NCBI GenBank assembly: GCA_040260805.1
Contig: JBDQPD010000003.1
Coordinates: 1 to 64,000, forward strand
Direction of reading: 5' to 3'
DNA: 64,000 bases
From: Myxococcota bacterium
GTDB taxonomy: Bacteria > Myxococcota > UBA4151
Part shown: positions 31,283 through 40,222 of the stretch, piece by piece
How the letters are laid out: each line of letters begins with the position of its first letter
Position numbering within the stretch: the first letter of the stretch is position 1
Position numbers and translations under genes: made by a program
Notes under the pieces: generated by a model
Seen by the model: only the letters and a program-made list of their open reading frames with translations
What the model was told of the DNA's origin: nothing
The model's database searches: none

Positions 31283-32338
31283 GGGGTCGAAACCAGGCGC
31301 GTCGGGTTCCTCGGGGTCGGCAACCGTTGGCACGAGACGGACCATGGCATCGAGTAGGTCGTCGAGCCCGCGCTGGTGGTGACTCGAGATCGTCAAACAG
31401 AGCATTTTACGGCGCCCGCACCAACGCTCAAAGTCGGCTATGCACTCTTGAACAGCGGGTAGGTCAGCTTTACTCAAAACGGCGATACGAGGTCGCTGAG
31501 CGAGCTCCGGGCTGTAGCGCTCGAGCTCCTTCTCGATGGCCTCAAAGGCTTCACAAAGCGCAGCGAGTCCGTCGCCCTCAAAAAACTCAGGCAAGGTCAC
31601 CAGGTGAGCGAGAGCGCTCACGCGCTCAACGTGACGTAAAAACTGATGCCCTAACCCCACACCCTCGCTGGCGCCCTCAACCAATCCAGGGATGTCTGCG
31701 ATCACGACATCTCGACCGTGGCGACGGGCGACCCCTAAGCTGGGAACCTTGGTCGTAAAGGGATAGTCTGCAACCTCAGGTCGCGCATTGGATACCGCTT
31801 GCACCAAGGTCGACTTTCCAGCGTTTGGAAAGCCCAGCAAACCAATATCTGCCATCAGCTTGAGCTCAAGGCTGAGCCGGACCTCTTCACCAGGATCAGG
31901 ATCCAAAACGAAATCAGGTCGCGGCCGAGACGGCGAGATAAAGCGAGCGTTGCCTTTCCCCGAGCGACCCCCTTGAGCGACGATCAGTTCATCGCCTTCT
32001 TGTATGATCTCACCAAGAACTTGTGGCTCGCCCTGGTCATCGATGATCGAGACGATCGTCCCGAGCGGCACCGGCAACACCAGCGCCGGCGCGTTCTTTC
32101 CTGTTTTGCGGTTCGAGCCGCCACGAGCGCCAGCCTGCGCCTTGTGTAGAGGCCTAAAGCGGAACTCAAGCAAGGTGTTGAGACGATGATCACCGCGCAG
32201 CACGACGTTGCCGCCGTTGCCGCCATCTCCACCATTTGCGGGACCGTTCGGTCGACCCGGTAGGCGATTAAAGGTCAACGCACCCGGGCCGCCATCGCCC
32301 GCCTGAACCGTGATCTTTACCGCATCAATAAACTTCAT
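31271..32338 (-). CDS. obgE: GTPase ObgE/CgtA
   Basis: MKFID, Gly-rich Obg fold, LELKLMADIGLLGFPNAGKST, ADYPFTT, DIPGL.EGA, GLGHQFLRH. Confidence 0.96.
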   Translation of the reverse strand: MKFIDAVKITVQAGDGGPGALTFNRLPGRPNGPANGGDGGNGGNVVLRGDHRLNTLLEFRFRPLHKAQAGARGGSNRKTGKNAPALVLPVPLGTIVSIIDDQGEPQVLGEIIQEGDELIVAQGGRSGKGNARFISPSRPRPDFVLDPDPGEEVRLSLELKLMADIGLLGFPNAGKSTLVQAVSNARPEVADYPFTTKVPSLGVARRHGRDVVIADIPGLVEGASEGVGLGHQFLRHVERVSALAHLVTLPEFFEGDGLAALCEAFEAIEKELERYSPELAQRPRIAVLSKADLPAVQECIADFERWCGRRKMLCLTISSHHQRGLDDLLDAMVRLVPTVADPEEPDAPGFDPLAS

Positions 32339-32374
32339 AAAAACAACAACGGGAGCAGCTCAGCCGCTCCCGTT
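32339..32374 (-). terminator. Terminator-like hairpin between rpmA and obgE
   Basis: Minus strand AACGGGAGCGGC-TGA-GCTGCTCCCGTT followed by GTTGTTTTT, immediately before the obgE ATG. Confidence 0.65.
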
Positions 32375-32399
32375 TCCTTGCAGGCCCAGAGCGCTAAGC

Positions 32400-32657
32400 T
32401 CAGGCCTGAGGCTCGATGCTCACCTGACGGCGACCACTGCGGTGCGAATTGTACTCAACCTTGCCATCAATCAAAGCAAAGAGGGTGTAATCGCGACCCA
32501 TGCCTACGTTGTTGCCAGGGCGGATTTTCGTGCCGCGCTGACGCACGAGGATGTTGCCCGCACGAACGGCTTCGCCGCCATACTTCTTCACGCCCAAGTA
32601 CTGAGGGTTAGAGTCGCGTCCGTTACGAGATGAGCCCTGACCTTTTTTATGTGCCAT
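32400..32657 (-). CDS. rpmA: 50S ribosomal protein L27
   Basis: [33 protein letters not shown]. Confidence 0.99.
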   Translation of the reverse strand: MAHKKGQGSSRNGRDSNPQYLGVKKYGGEAVRAGNILVRQRGTKIRPGNNVGMGRDYTLFALIDGKVEYNSHRSGRRQVSIEPQA

Positions 32658-32672
32658 TGTTCGCTTCCCTCT

Positions 32673-33017
32673 CTAGCTGTTGATCTCGGTAATCCGAATC
32701 TGAGTATACAGAGCACGGAAACCGATCTTACGGCGATATTTCTTGCGGCGCTTGCGCTTGACGATGAGCAACTTCTTACCCATCAGCGGCGTTTTGCGCT
32801 CTTCGAGATCTTTGTTATCTTGGCGGACGATCACTGCCTTGACCGAGACGCCACCGAGCAGGTCAGCGCCGGCACGGATGCCTGAGTCGTCTTTGAGCAA
32901 AAGCACCTTATCGAAGAGCACTTCATCGCCCACAGCACCCGAGTGATGCGGAATACGAAGGAAATCGCCGACTTCAACGCGCTCTTGATTGGCGCCTGTA
33001 TGCACCACAGCAAACAT
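32673..33017 (-). CDS. rplU: 50S ribosomal protein L21
   Basis: MFAVVHTG.NQ.RV, FDKVLL, KRRKKYRR..G.R..YT.I.I. Directly upstream of rpmA. Confidence 0.92.
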   Translation of the reverse strand: MFAVVHTGANQERVEVGDFLRIPHHSGAVGDEVLFDKVLLLKDDSGIRAGADLLGGVSVKAVIVRQDNKDLEERKTPLMGKKLLIVKRKRRKKYRRKIGFRALYTQIRITEINS

Positions 33018-33053
33018 GGTGTCTCCTCATGCCTGCACAGGACAGGGCGCACG

Positions 33054-33082
33054 TGACTAAAGATGCGCGCCTTTGGTGTCAA
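33054..33082 (-). promoter_or_regulatory. Putative sigma-70 promoter of rplU-rpmA
   Basis: Minus strand TTGACA-N17-TAGTCA, about 36 nt upstream of the ATG (RBS GAGGAG). Confidence 0.55.
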
Positions 33083-33189
33083 GGCCATTGCCACCGGCGG
33101 CTCTTTGTTTCGTGGCCGCCTGGCCAACGGACGAGTCAATAGCAATTGCCGCAAGCTTGGGTTAGCCAACTCCTGCGCAGCGAAGGACG

Positions 33190-34053
33190 ATGCCCATCAT
33201 GAATTACATGCTCTGTGTCCGCACAGATGCTGATCAAACCGACGCGATCATGGGCAAGCTGGTCCTTGCTGGTGCTCAAGGGTTTGAATGGCGAGATCAA
33301 AGCATCGCCGCCTCCATCCCGCGTCATGAAGTTCAGCTGATCACCTACGGTACTCAGGAGGAGCTAGCCCCATTTGCTGAGCTGGCTGCCAGTTTAGCGG
33401 GTGTTCTTAGCCCACCCTCGGTGCTTGAAATCGAGACCGTCGACTGGGCTGAGGCTTGGAAAGAATATTTCAAGCCGTTGCGTATCAGCCCTCGGCTCGC
33501 GGTCGTCCCGAGCTGGGAGGAGGTGAGCATGCCCAGTCACGTCCAGATCATTGCGGTGGACCCCGGTTCGGCGTTTGGCACCGGGCAACACGCAACGACA
33601 GCGTTGTGCTTGCGCGCCCTTGACCTCTTGGAGACTGAGCGCGGAATTGGAGACCTCGCCGATATAGGATGCGGCACCGGCATTTTGGGGATCGGTGCTC
33701 ACCTCTTGGGTGCTGGAGACATTGTCATGATCGACAACGACCCGCTCGCGGTCGAGGTGGCTCGAGAGAACCTTGAGCATCTAGGGTTGGTCGAGCGCTT
33801 CGAGTTGACCTGCAGCGACGTCCCTCCACCCAATCGTCAATTCGAGACGGTGGTCGCCAATATATTGGCACCGGTGCTCATCCGGCTCGCCGAAGCGCTC
33901 TGCGCCAACGTCGCTCCGAGCGGCTGCCTCCTGCTCAGCGGGCTCTTGGTCAGTCAAATTGATGAAGTAGAGGCTCCATTTCTGGATTTTGGTCTGCGCC
34001 GGAAGCGCTTGAGCTGCGAAGGGGAATGGGCCTTGCTTTGGTTAGAGCGATGA
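33190..34053 (+). CDS. prmA: Ribosomal protein L11 methyltransferase
   Basis: DWAEAWKEYFKP, DPGSAFGTGQHATT, DIGCGTGIL, DNDPLAV, VVANILA, LLSGLL. Confidence 0.95.
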   Translation: MPIMNYMLCVRTDADQTDAIMGKLVLAGAQGFEWRDQSIAASIPRHEVQLITYGTQEELAPFAELAASLAGVLSPPSVLEIETVDWAEAWKEYFKPLRISPRLAVVPSWEEVSMPSHVQIIAVDPGSAFGTGQHATTALCLRALDLLETERGIGDLADIGCGTGILGIGAHLLGAGDIVMIDNDPLAVEVARENLEHLGLVERFELTCSDVPPPNRQFETVVANILAPVLIRLAEALCANVAPSGCLLLSGLLVSQIDEVEAPFLDFGLRRKRLSCEGEWALLWLER

Positions 34054-34764
34054 GCGCTCGCCGCTGCCTAATGAACCGACCCAACATCGAAGCGGCGCGC
34101 GCTGATCGGCGACCGCTTTACACTCAATTATCTCGGCCGATCGCTGCGCTTGAGACCTGGCGACCAGATTGAGTTCTTTGACGGCCAGGGAATGGCTCGG
34201 GTCGCGGAGATTGAAACGGTTGCAAAAAATGAGATCAGTGGATGCTGGTGTGAGCCTGTCCGTCGAGAAGACCGACGCATCGGATCCGCCCCTGTCCCGA
34301 TCATCGCCCGCCTCAAAAGCCACGCTGAAGATGATGCGATCGCTGCGCTGTGCGCGATCGGCTTCCCGCAAATCCGCCTCTTTCGGGCTGACCGCGATGC
34401 AACCGATAAACCCTGGTCTGAGAAACAAGCCCAACGGTGGCGCCGTATCGCTGACGACAGCTGCCGACAAAGCGGTGGTTACTGGCGCACCGACATCCAA
34501 ATTTGTGATCACCTCGGACAAGCGATCGAGGGCCTAACAGAGCTCGCCTATGGTGACCCTTCAGGAGGTCCCGTAAGCCGCTGTGACCAAAGCTCGCTCG
34601 GTGTGGTTATCGGTCCAGAGGGAGGATTTAGCGCTGAGGAGCGACAACTTCTAAACGACTCGAACGCCTATGCCGTCCAGCTCGGCTCACGGACCTTGCG
34701 CGCTCGGCACGCGGCCAGCTTACTACCGGTCGTCGTCTTGAGTCATTGGCGGGTAAGCTCATGA
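34050..34764 (+). pseudogene. rsmE: 16S rRNA m3U1498 methyltransferase RsmE, apparently frameshifted near the 5' end and degenerate
   Basis: SLRLRPGD.IEFFDGQG, IGPEGGFS..E, LGSRTLR. The coupled ATG at 34050 (ATGA overlap with prmA) is out of frame with the body; see findings. Confidence 0.6.
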
Positions 34765-36197
34765 GCTCAGCCTGTCTTCGCTGCGGTTTTCCCAATGATG
34801 AGAGCGCCCAGCACTGCCGAGCGTGTTCGGCGCCACTTCACGAGGCCTCGGGTGAGGCAACCATTAAGCCGCGCTTGCGCCAGATCATCGCCGAGACTCG
34901 AGCGCGAACACGCGCTCGTCAACGTCGCGGCGTCTCTGTCAATCCCAACCGAGTGGATGTCGTACCGCGCATACCAAGCGGCGTCGCAGCCAGCGAAACA
35001 GCGCTCAAAACAGCGCTTGAAAAAGGCAGGCTCGCACGACTCCAAGGCTTACGAGAGGAGCTCCGCAAAGGGCGTCCAGAGGTCGATCCCCCTGTGCGTG
35101 AGAGCATACCACCTCAAAGCAGCCTGACCCCACAACGCTCAGAACCCGAGCCTAAGCCTGCTGAAGAGCCGGCTCCACCACAGGCGGCTCGCGAACGCGG
35201 CGCGCCAGCCGATGCCGAACCCGCTGCGCAGCGATTCCTTGATGAGCCGAGGCACCCTGTTCAAGTCCTCGCCGGGTCCGAACCGCAACCGGCTCAACCG
35301 ATCAAGGCTGCTCCAACCCCTAAAGCGCCAGTTGTAGTAAAGATCGAGACCCGAGCCCCTGCTCGAGTCGAGCCTGCGACCGAGACCGCAATCGAGCCCG
35401 TTATGCCTGCCTTGATCGAGGGCGAAGGCGAGCTTGCAGCCGAATCTAAACCGCCGGTCGCCCTAGACTCTGGGCCCCTGAAGCCGCTGGACACGGAACC
35501 CTCTTTGGGCGCTTCATCGATCAGCGAACCCAAAGCGGAGCCAGGACGTCCTGCCGAGTCCGTACAAGCTCTCGAGACGCCCACTCAAAAGGCATCCAAA
35601 ACAGAACCTTCTCAACCCGCAATGGCGCTGCCGATCGAGGAACCCGGCGACTTAGAAAACCCATCGATTAAGCCGCTTCTAAGCGCCGCTGCGAAAACGG
35701 CGCTGAGCAACCTGCGCCAGACCGCGCAGCGCCTCAAACAAAAGGTTCAAGACGATGGGCAGGTCGTCGACGAGAAGCGCTGTCGTTTGTATGACCAACA
35801 CCGTTTGCTTTCGACCTTCATCGATTTCGCGCCCACGATCACGTTAGCAACCCTGTGGCTCAGCGCTCAATTCAACCAAAGTCGTCTCTCACCTGAAGAG
35901 GTCATGGCTTCTTGGCTCCTTGGTGAGGCGGGCGGCACGCCGTGGGGCTTACTGATGGTAGCGATCTTTTGGTTGGTTTGGTGTTGGGTTGGAATTGCTG
36001 TCTGGAATGTAACCCCTGGGATGAAGGCCGCGCGCTTGAGTTGGGCTGAGGCGTCTAAGTGGAAGCTGTTCGCTCGACCGCCTTTGTTTCTCATCAGCCT
36101 TTTGCCACTGGGCTTGGGCGGAACCTATGCTCTGCTCGATAAAAATAGTCGCGGATTAAGCGACCTCGCGCTGCGTCTAACTTGGCGTAAACTGTGA
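34761..36197 (+). CDS. Zinc-ribbon / Pro-rich linker / RDD-like membrane protein
   Basis: N-terminal CxxC-x10-CxxC, long P/E/A-rich linker, C-terminal RLLSTFID...TPGMK...DKNSRGLSD RDD-type pattern with TM helices. Confidence 0.75.
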   Translation: MSSACLRCGFPNDESAQHCRACSAPLHEASGEATIKPRLRQIIAETRARTRARQRRGVSVNPNRVDVVPRIPSGVAASETALKTALEKGRLARLQGLREELRKGRPEVDPPVRESIPPQSSLTPQRSEPEPKPAEEPAPPQAARERGAPADAEPAAQRFLDEPRHPVQVLAGSEPQPAQPIKAAPTPKAPVVVKIETRAPARVEPATETAIEPVMPALIEGEGELAAESKPPVALDSGPLKPLDTEPSLGASSISEPKAEPGRPAESVQALETPTQKASKTEPSQPAMALPIEEPGDLENPSIKPLLSAAAKTALSNLRQTAQRLKQKVQDDGQVVDEKRCRLYDQHRLLSTFIDFAPTITLATLWLSAQFNQSRLSPEEVMASWLLGEAGGTPWGLLMVAIFWLVWCWVGIAVWNVTPGMKAARLSWAEASKWKLFARPPLFLISLLPLGLGGTYALLDKNSRGLSDLALRLTWRKL

Positions 36198-37147
36198 TCC
36201 ACGATTTCGCGCAACTCCTGCTCGAAACCGGTCATCTCCAGCGCGATCAACTTGACCTTTTAAGGCACCGAGCAAGCCTGATGGGCGGCGAGCTCGATCG
36301 ACATGCGCTAGAGATGAGCCTTCTCGGAGCTGACGAGCTCATCGCTTTATATGCTCAATGCCTTGATCTTCCGCCAGCTAGACCTCTCGATTTAGACCGC
36401 TTATCGCTCAAGAGAAGCGGCGCTTTTCCAGGCCGACTTGCCGCACGTTGGCGATTCATCCCCGTCGAGCAAATCGGTCTAAGTTGGCAGGTTTTGTCGG
36501 ATCAAAAGCCGGACGAGGCTCTGCGCGAAGAGGTGCGCTGCACACTCGGTGTCGAACTCCTTGTCCGAGCGGTGCCACCCTTTTTGTTTGAATTGCTTGA
36601 ACGCTGGCTTCATCAACGCTCAAGTCAAGACCAACTCGCTCTACTCACTGCGCGCTTGTTCCCTCGCTTCTCGGTCATTAGCGCCTCAGTTGATCCACAA
36701 ATCGATACAGACCCAACCCATGAACCGTTGGAGCCGTCGCATTTGAGCTATCGGCTCGCTCGATGTGCAACCGGGCAAGATTGCCTTGATGAAACGCGGC
36801 AAGAGATGGCGAACTGGGCGCCGATTCACGGTCTTTGGCGAGTCGATGGTCCGGTTCTTCGTTCACCGTCTCGGGCACTTAGTATCGATGCGCTCGAAGG
36901 GTTCTCAGAGGTCTTATCCTGCGATCATCTGCAGGTCTTTGATTCGGTCAACGAGGGATGGGTCGACCTTTGCGAGGACGCTCGCCCCTTACGAAGTCTC
37001 GCGGTTCGCCCCGTCTTGATCGGGCGTCGCTGTGTGGCCGTGCTGTTGGTCGGCTCAGCCTTCTTGATCGTCGACGGTCGAAACCGGTCTCGACTTGATG
37101 ACACCGCTCAGGATCTAGCGCACGCCCTTGGGTCACGCCTCGGGTAG
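36194..37147 (+). CDS. Protein with degenerate MshEN/GspE-N-like N-terminus and GAF-like C-terminus
   Basis: FAQLLLETGHL..DQL....R....GGEL....LEM.LL..DEL...A..L.LP, then LAARWRFIP (T2SSE N-terminal pattern). C-terminal VRPVLIGRRCVAVL. Confidence 0.55.
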   Translation: MIHDFAQLLLETGHLQRDQLDLLRHRASLMGGELDRHALEMSLLGADELIALYAQCLDLPPARPLDLDRLSLKRSGAFPGRLAARWRFIPVEQIGLSWQVLSDQKPDEALREEVRCTLGVELLVRAVPPFLFELLERWLHQRSSQDQLALLTARLFPRFSVISASVDPQIDTDPTHEPLEPSHLSYRLARCATGQDCLDETRQEMANWAPIHGLWRVDGPVLRSPSRALSIDALEGFSEVLSCDHLQVFDSVNEGWVDLCEDARPLRSLAVRPVLIGRRCVAVLLVGSAFLIVDGRNRSRLDDTAQDLAHALGSRLG

Positions 37148-38074
37148 AGCTTGGGTTGAGCTTCGGTACTCACTGACCATCCGCTCAACCAACTCAGCAG
37201 CTCCAGGTAGATCATCAATTAATCCCGAGATCTGACCCGCCTCGATTTCCCCCTCGTCGAGATCGCCGCAAAAGATTCCAGCTCGACCACGACCACGACC
37301 TAACAAGGCAGCTAGAGCCTCACGATCTTGACCTGAGCGCTCGGCTTGAATCGCTCGATCAGCAAAAGCGTTTCGGATCAAACGAACAGGGGTCACCGGA
37401 GACATCGCTAAAACGGTGTCCCGATCTCCCGCTTGAATCACCGCATCTTTATACGCTTGATGGGCGCTGCTTTCTGCACAGACTGCGAAGCGAGTGCCGA
37501 CCTGAACACCTTCAGCCCCGAGCGCCAAAGCAGCAGCCATAGCTCGTCCATCAGCGATGCCGCCTGCAGCGATTACCGGCACAGTGACCGCATCAGCAAT
37601 CTGCGGAATCAAACACAAGCTCGTGGTGCCTTGGGGGGCGTTGTGGCCGCCGGCTTCAACCCCCTCACAGACGACCGCATCCAGGCCGAGGTCTTCGCAT
37701 TTCTTAGCTTGGCGAACGGCGGCGACGACGTGGACGTGGACACGTCCAGCCGAGCGTAATTGCTCAGAAACGACCGCCGGAGAGCCCGCCGATGAGAAGA
37801 CAATCGGCACCTCTTCTTCAAGCACCACATCAACGCAGGCGCTCATGTGCTTGTACAGCAAAGGCAAATTGACCCCAAAGGGCTCAGCCGTCACCGCTCG
37901 AAGTTTACGGATGTGCTGCCTGAGCACTTCGGGCTGCATCGAGCCCGCACCCAGCAGGCCCAAGCCACCAGCCTCGCTGACCGCCGCAGCGAGACGCCAA
38001 CCCGAGACCCAGATCATCCCTGCTTGGACGATCGGGTAACGAATTCCAAAAAGGTCCGTGATTCGGGTCTTCAA
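37133..38074 (-). CDS. Nitronate monooxygenase / FabK-like flavin oxidoreductase
   Basis: YPIVQAGM, LAAAVSEAGGLG, PFGVNL, EGVEAGGH, VIAAGGIADGR, GVQVGTRF, AGQISGLI. Confidence 0.9.
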   Translation of the reverse strand: MKTRITDLFGIRYPIVQAGMIWVSGWRLAAAVSEAGGLGLLGAGSMQPEVLRQHIRKLRAVTAEPFGVNLPLLYKHMSACVDVVLEEEVPIVFSSAGSPAVVSEQLRSAGRVHVHVVAAVRQAKKCEDLGLDAVVCEGVEAGGHNAPQGTTSLCLIPQIADAVTVPVIAAGGIADGRAMAAALALGAEGVQVGTRFAVCAESSAHQAYKDAVIQAGDRDTVLAMSPVTPVRLIRNAFADRAIQAERSGQDREALAALLGRGRGRAGIFCGDLDEGEIEAGQISGLIDDLPGAAELVERMVSEYRSSTQALPEA

Positions 38075-38077
38075 GAC

Positions 38078-40174
38078 CTATTTAGCCGGTTGTTTTTCCG
38101 CTGGTTTCTCAGCCGGCTTTGCGGCCTCAGGCTGAGCTGAGCAAGCCGGTTTACCGGGACCAGGCTGAAGCATAAACCAGGCGAAGGCGTCGGCTCGATG
38201 AGCCTCAGCTTTACCCGTCAAGCTGGCTGCCGCTGCACGACCCAACAACGCATCTCGGCGATTGGGGTCGGCGGCGAGCACGCGCTCGAATCGCTTGAGC
38301 GCTTTTGCGCCATGACCCGCCTTGGCTTCACCTGCCGCCGCTTGGCCCAAGGCGACCTCGATCCAAGCGGCCTCCATCAGCTCAGCGAGAGCGCTTGGGA
38401 TCAGCTCTTGAGTCCAGTCCAGCAGATCACCACGAAGCGCAGTCGGCTCGGCATTTTTCTTGAGCATCTTCTGCGAGGTCGCAAAGTCTTTCTTCTTTTT
38501 ACGGTTGCTAAAGGTTGCTTTAATCGCAGCGCCAAACTTCGCTTTGAGCTCAGCGTCCGTAGCCTGAGGCCCCATCGCCGCAGCCGCGACAATCGCCTTG
38601 AGAATCGGATCGTTGCCTGCCGTTTTTCCGACCGCTAACGCCGCACCCTTGAGGTCGCCATTGGTCGCTAAGAACATCGCAAGCTCTCGACTAGCATTGG
38701 GCAGCCCAGCTTTGACCGCAGCGAGATAGGCTTCGTTGACCGGGCCGCAGCCTTTCGCTGCAGCTTCGCCGCGCGCCATCCGCGCCTGAGTCAGCACCAT
38801 GATCCTAGCGTCGGGTTTCTTTGTCGGGTCTTGAGCCGCGCCAGCGAGCAAGGGAGCCGCTTTGCCGACCTCGTCGCCGTCGAGCATTTTTAGGGCTAAG
38901 TAGACCGGCGTATCCACCGCTTGAGGGACGGCATTGCTGACATCTTGAAGCCCCGCAGCGCTTTTGTTGCTGGTCTCATCAACGGTGGGCTGAATCGCGT
39001 TCCAAGAATCAGCGACGACACCGAGCCGCTCTTTGCCATATGGGCTCTCGGCTTGCGCCTGCAGCGCTTTGAGCACTGCGCCGGCGTGCGACTGAAGATT
39101 TGGATTGGTCATATTGGCTTCGAGCCACAAGCGATCATAGAGCAAGAAAAAGGGCGCAAACGCTCCCGCGTCAGGGTTGATGGCGCAGCCACCTTTTTCA
39201 TCCTTGAGGCACTGGCTTTGCTCGCAGCCCTTCAGGCACATCGCTGGCTCAAGACCGGCGAGCGCCTCGGTCATACGAGCCGGCTCACCGCTCGCTAACG
39301 CCTCTAAGCCGCGCTCATAGGTCGCCCGCAGCGCTTTGGCGGCAGGGTCGTCGCCGGTCATTGGGTCGCTAACGGCGTCACTGCCGCCCCCGGAGGTCGC
39401 AAAATAACCCACCGCTGCCAACACCACGACCGCCGCAGCGATCAAAGGCATCTTGCTCTTTTTGGGGGTCTCAAGTGGGTCTTCTTCGGTGCTCAAACCC
39501 GGCACATCACTGGGTTCGTGCGTCATCTCTTCGAGCAGATCGAAGGCGTCATCGAAGCTGTGGTCTTCGCCGTCATCGGCAGGGCTTGCCGCAGCCGCAG
39601 GCTCAGAGATCATCTCCGTCGCCTCATCGTCGCTCGCTGCTTCAACCGCATCAGCGGGGGCGTCCTCAATGGGCTCGGAAAAGTCCATCTCAAGGGCCGC
39701 CTCTAGTGCCGCTGCATCGTCAGCGCTCGGCCCCGCTGGCAGATCAGCGACATCCAAGGCTCCAGCCGTTATCGAGGTCGGATCAGCGGGCTGAGCTGCG
39801 GCATCAACCACCGCGGCAACCGCCTCAGGTGCCACCGCCGCAGGACTGTTTGAAATCTGCTGGCGGCGCGCATCAAGCATCGCAAACGCTTCAGCAACTT
39901 CTGGAATCGCCAGCGCCTGGCGCCACTCGCCCTCATCCTCACGGATCATGCATTGGCGTGGAACGCGCTTCTCGCCCACCCAGCGAACTAGGGTGGTGAG
40001 ATCCTTAACTTTATAGATCTTTCCGTTGGTATGACGGATCTGCATTGGGCTCGCTCCTTCCAGGGCGATGGTAAAGATAAAGCCACAGGCGTTGCACTGA
40101 TATGGCTGTGTGGACTCGATCGCTGTGGCATCGATCTGCCAGAGCGTTCCACATTGTGCACAGCGCGCCTCCAC
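38078..40174 (-). CDS. Zinc-ribbon, GYF-like, acidic linker, single-TM, helical/TPR-like periplasmic protein
   Basis: CAQC...CNAC ribbon, LVRWVGEKRV...W...IPE GYF_2-like segment, D/E-rich linker, TM (LIAAAVVVLAAVGYF), Ala-rich helical C-terminus ending in a TPR-like repeat. Confidence 0.7.
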   Translation of the reverse strand: MEARCAQCGTLWQIDATAIESTQPYQCNACGFIFTIALEGASPMQIRHTNGKIYKVKDLTTLVRWVGEKRVPRQCMIREDEGEWRQALAIPEVAEAFAMLDARRQQISNSPAAVAPEAVAAVVDAAAQPADPTSITAGALDVADLPAGPSADDAAALEAALEMDFSEPIEDAPADAVEAASDDEATEMISEPAAAASPADDGEDHSFDDAFDLLEEMTHEPSDVPGLSTEEDPLETPKKSKMPLIAAAVVVLAAVGYFATSGGGSDAVSDPMTGDDPAAKALRATYERGLEALASGEPARMTEALAGLEPAMCLKGCEQSQCLKDEKGGCAINPDAGAFAPFFLLYDRLWLEANMTNPNLQSHAGAVLKALQAQAESPYGKERLGVVADSWNAIQPTVDETSNKSAAGLQDVSNAVPQAVDTPVYLALKMLDGDEVGKAAPLLAGAAQDPTKKPDARIMVLTQARMARGEAAAKGCGPVNEAYLAAVKAGLPNASRELAMFLATNGDLKGAALAVGKTAGNDPILKAIVAAAAMGPQATDAELKAKFGAAIKATFSNRKKKKDFATSQKMLKKNAEPTALRGDLLDWTQELIPSALAELMEAAWIEVALGQAAAGEAKAGHGAKALKRFERVLAADPNRRDALLGRAAAASLTGKAEAHRADAFAWFMLQPGPGKPACSAQPEAAKPAEKPAEKQPAK

Positions 40175-40222
40175 CTACCTTTACCTCTTGGTCACAATGG
40201 TGACCCTACGGACCCCTCGTCT

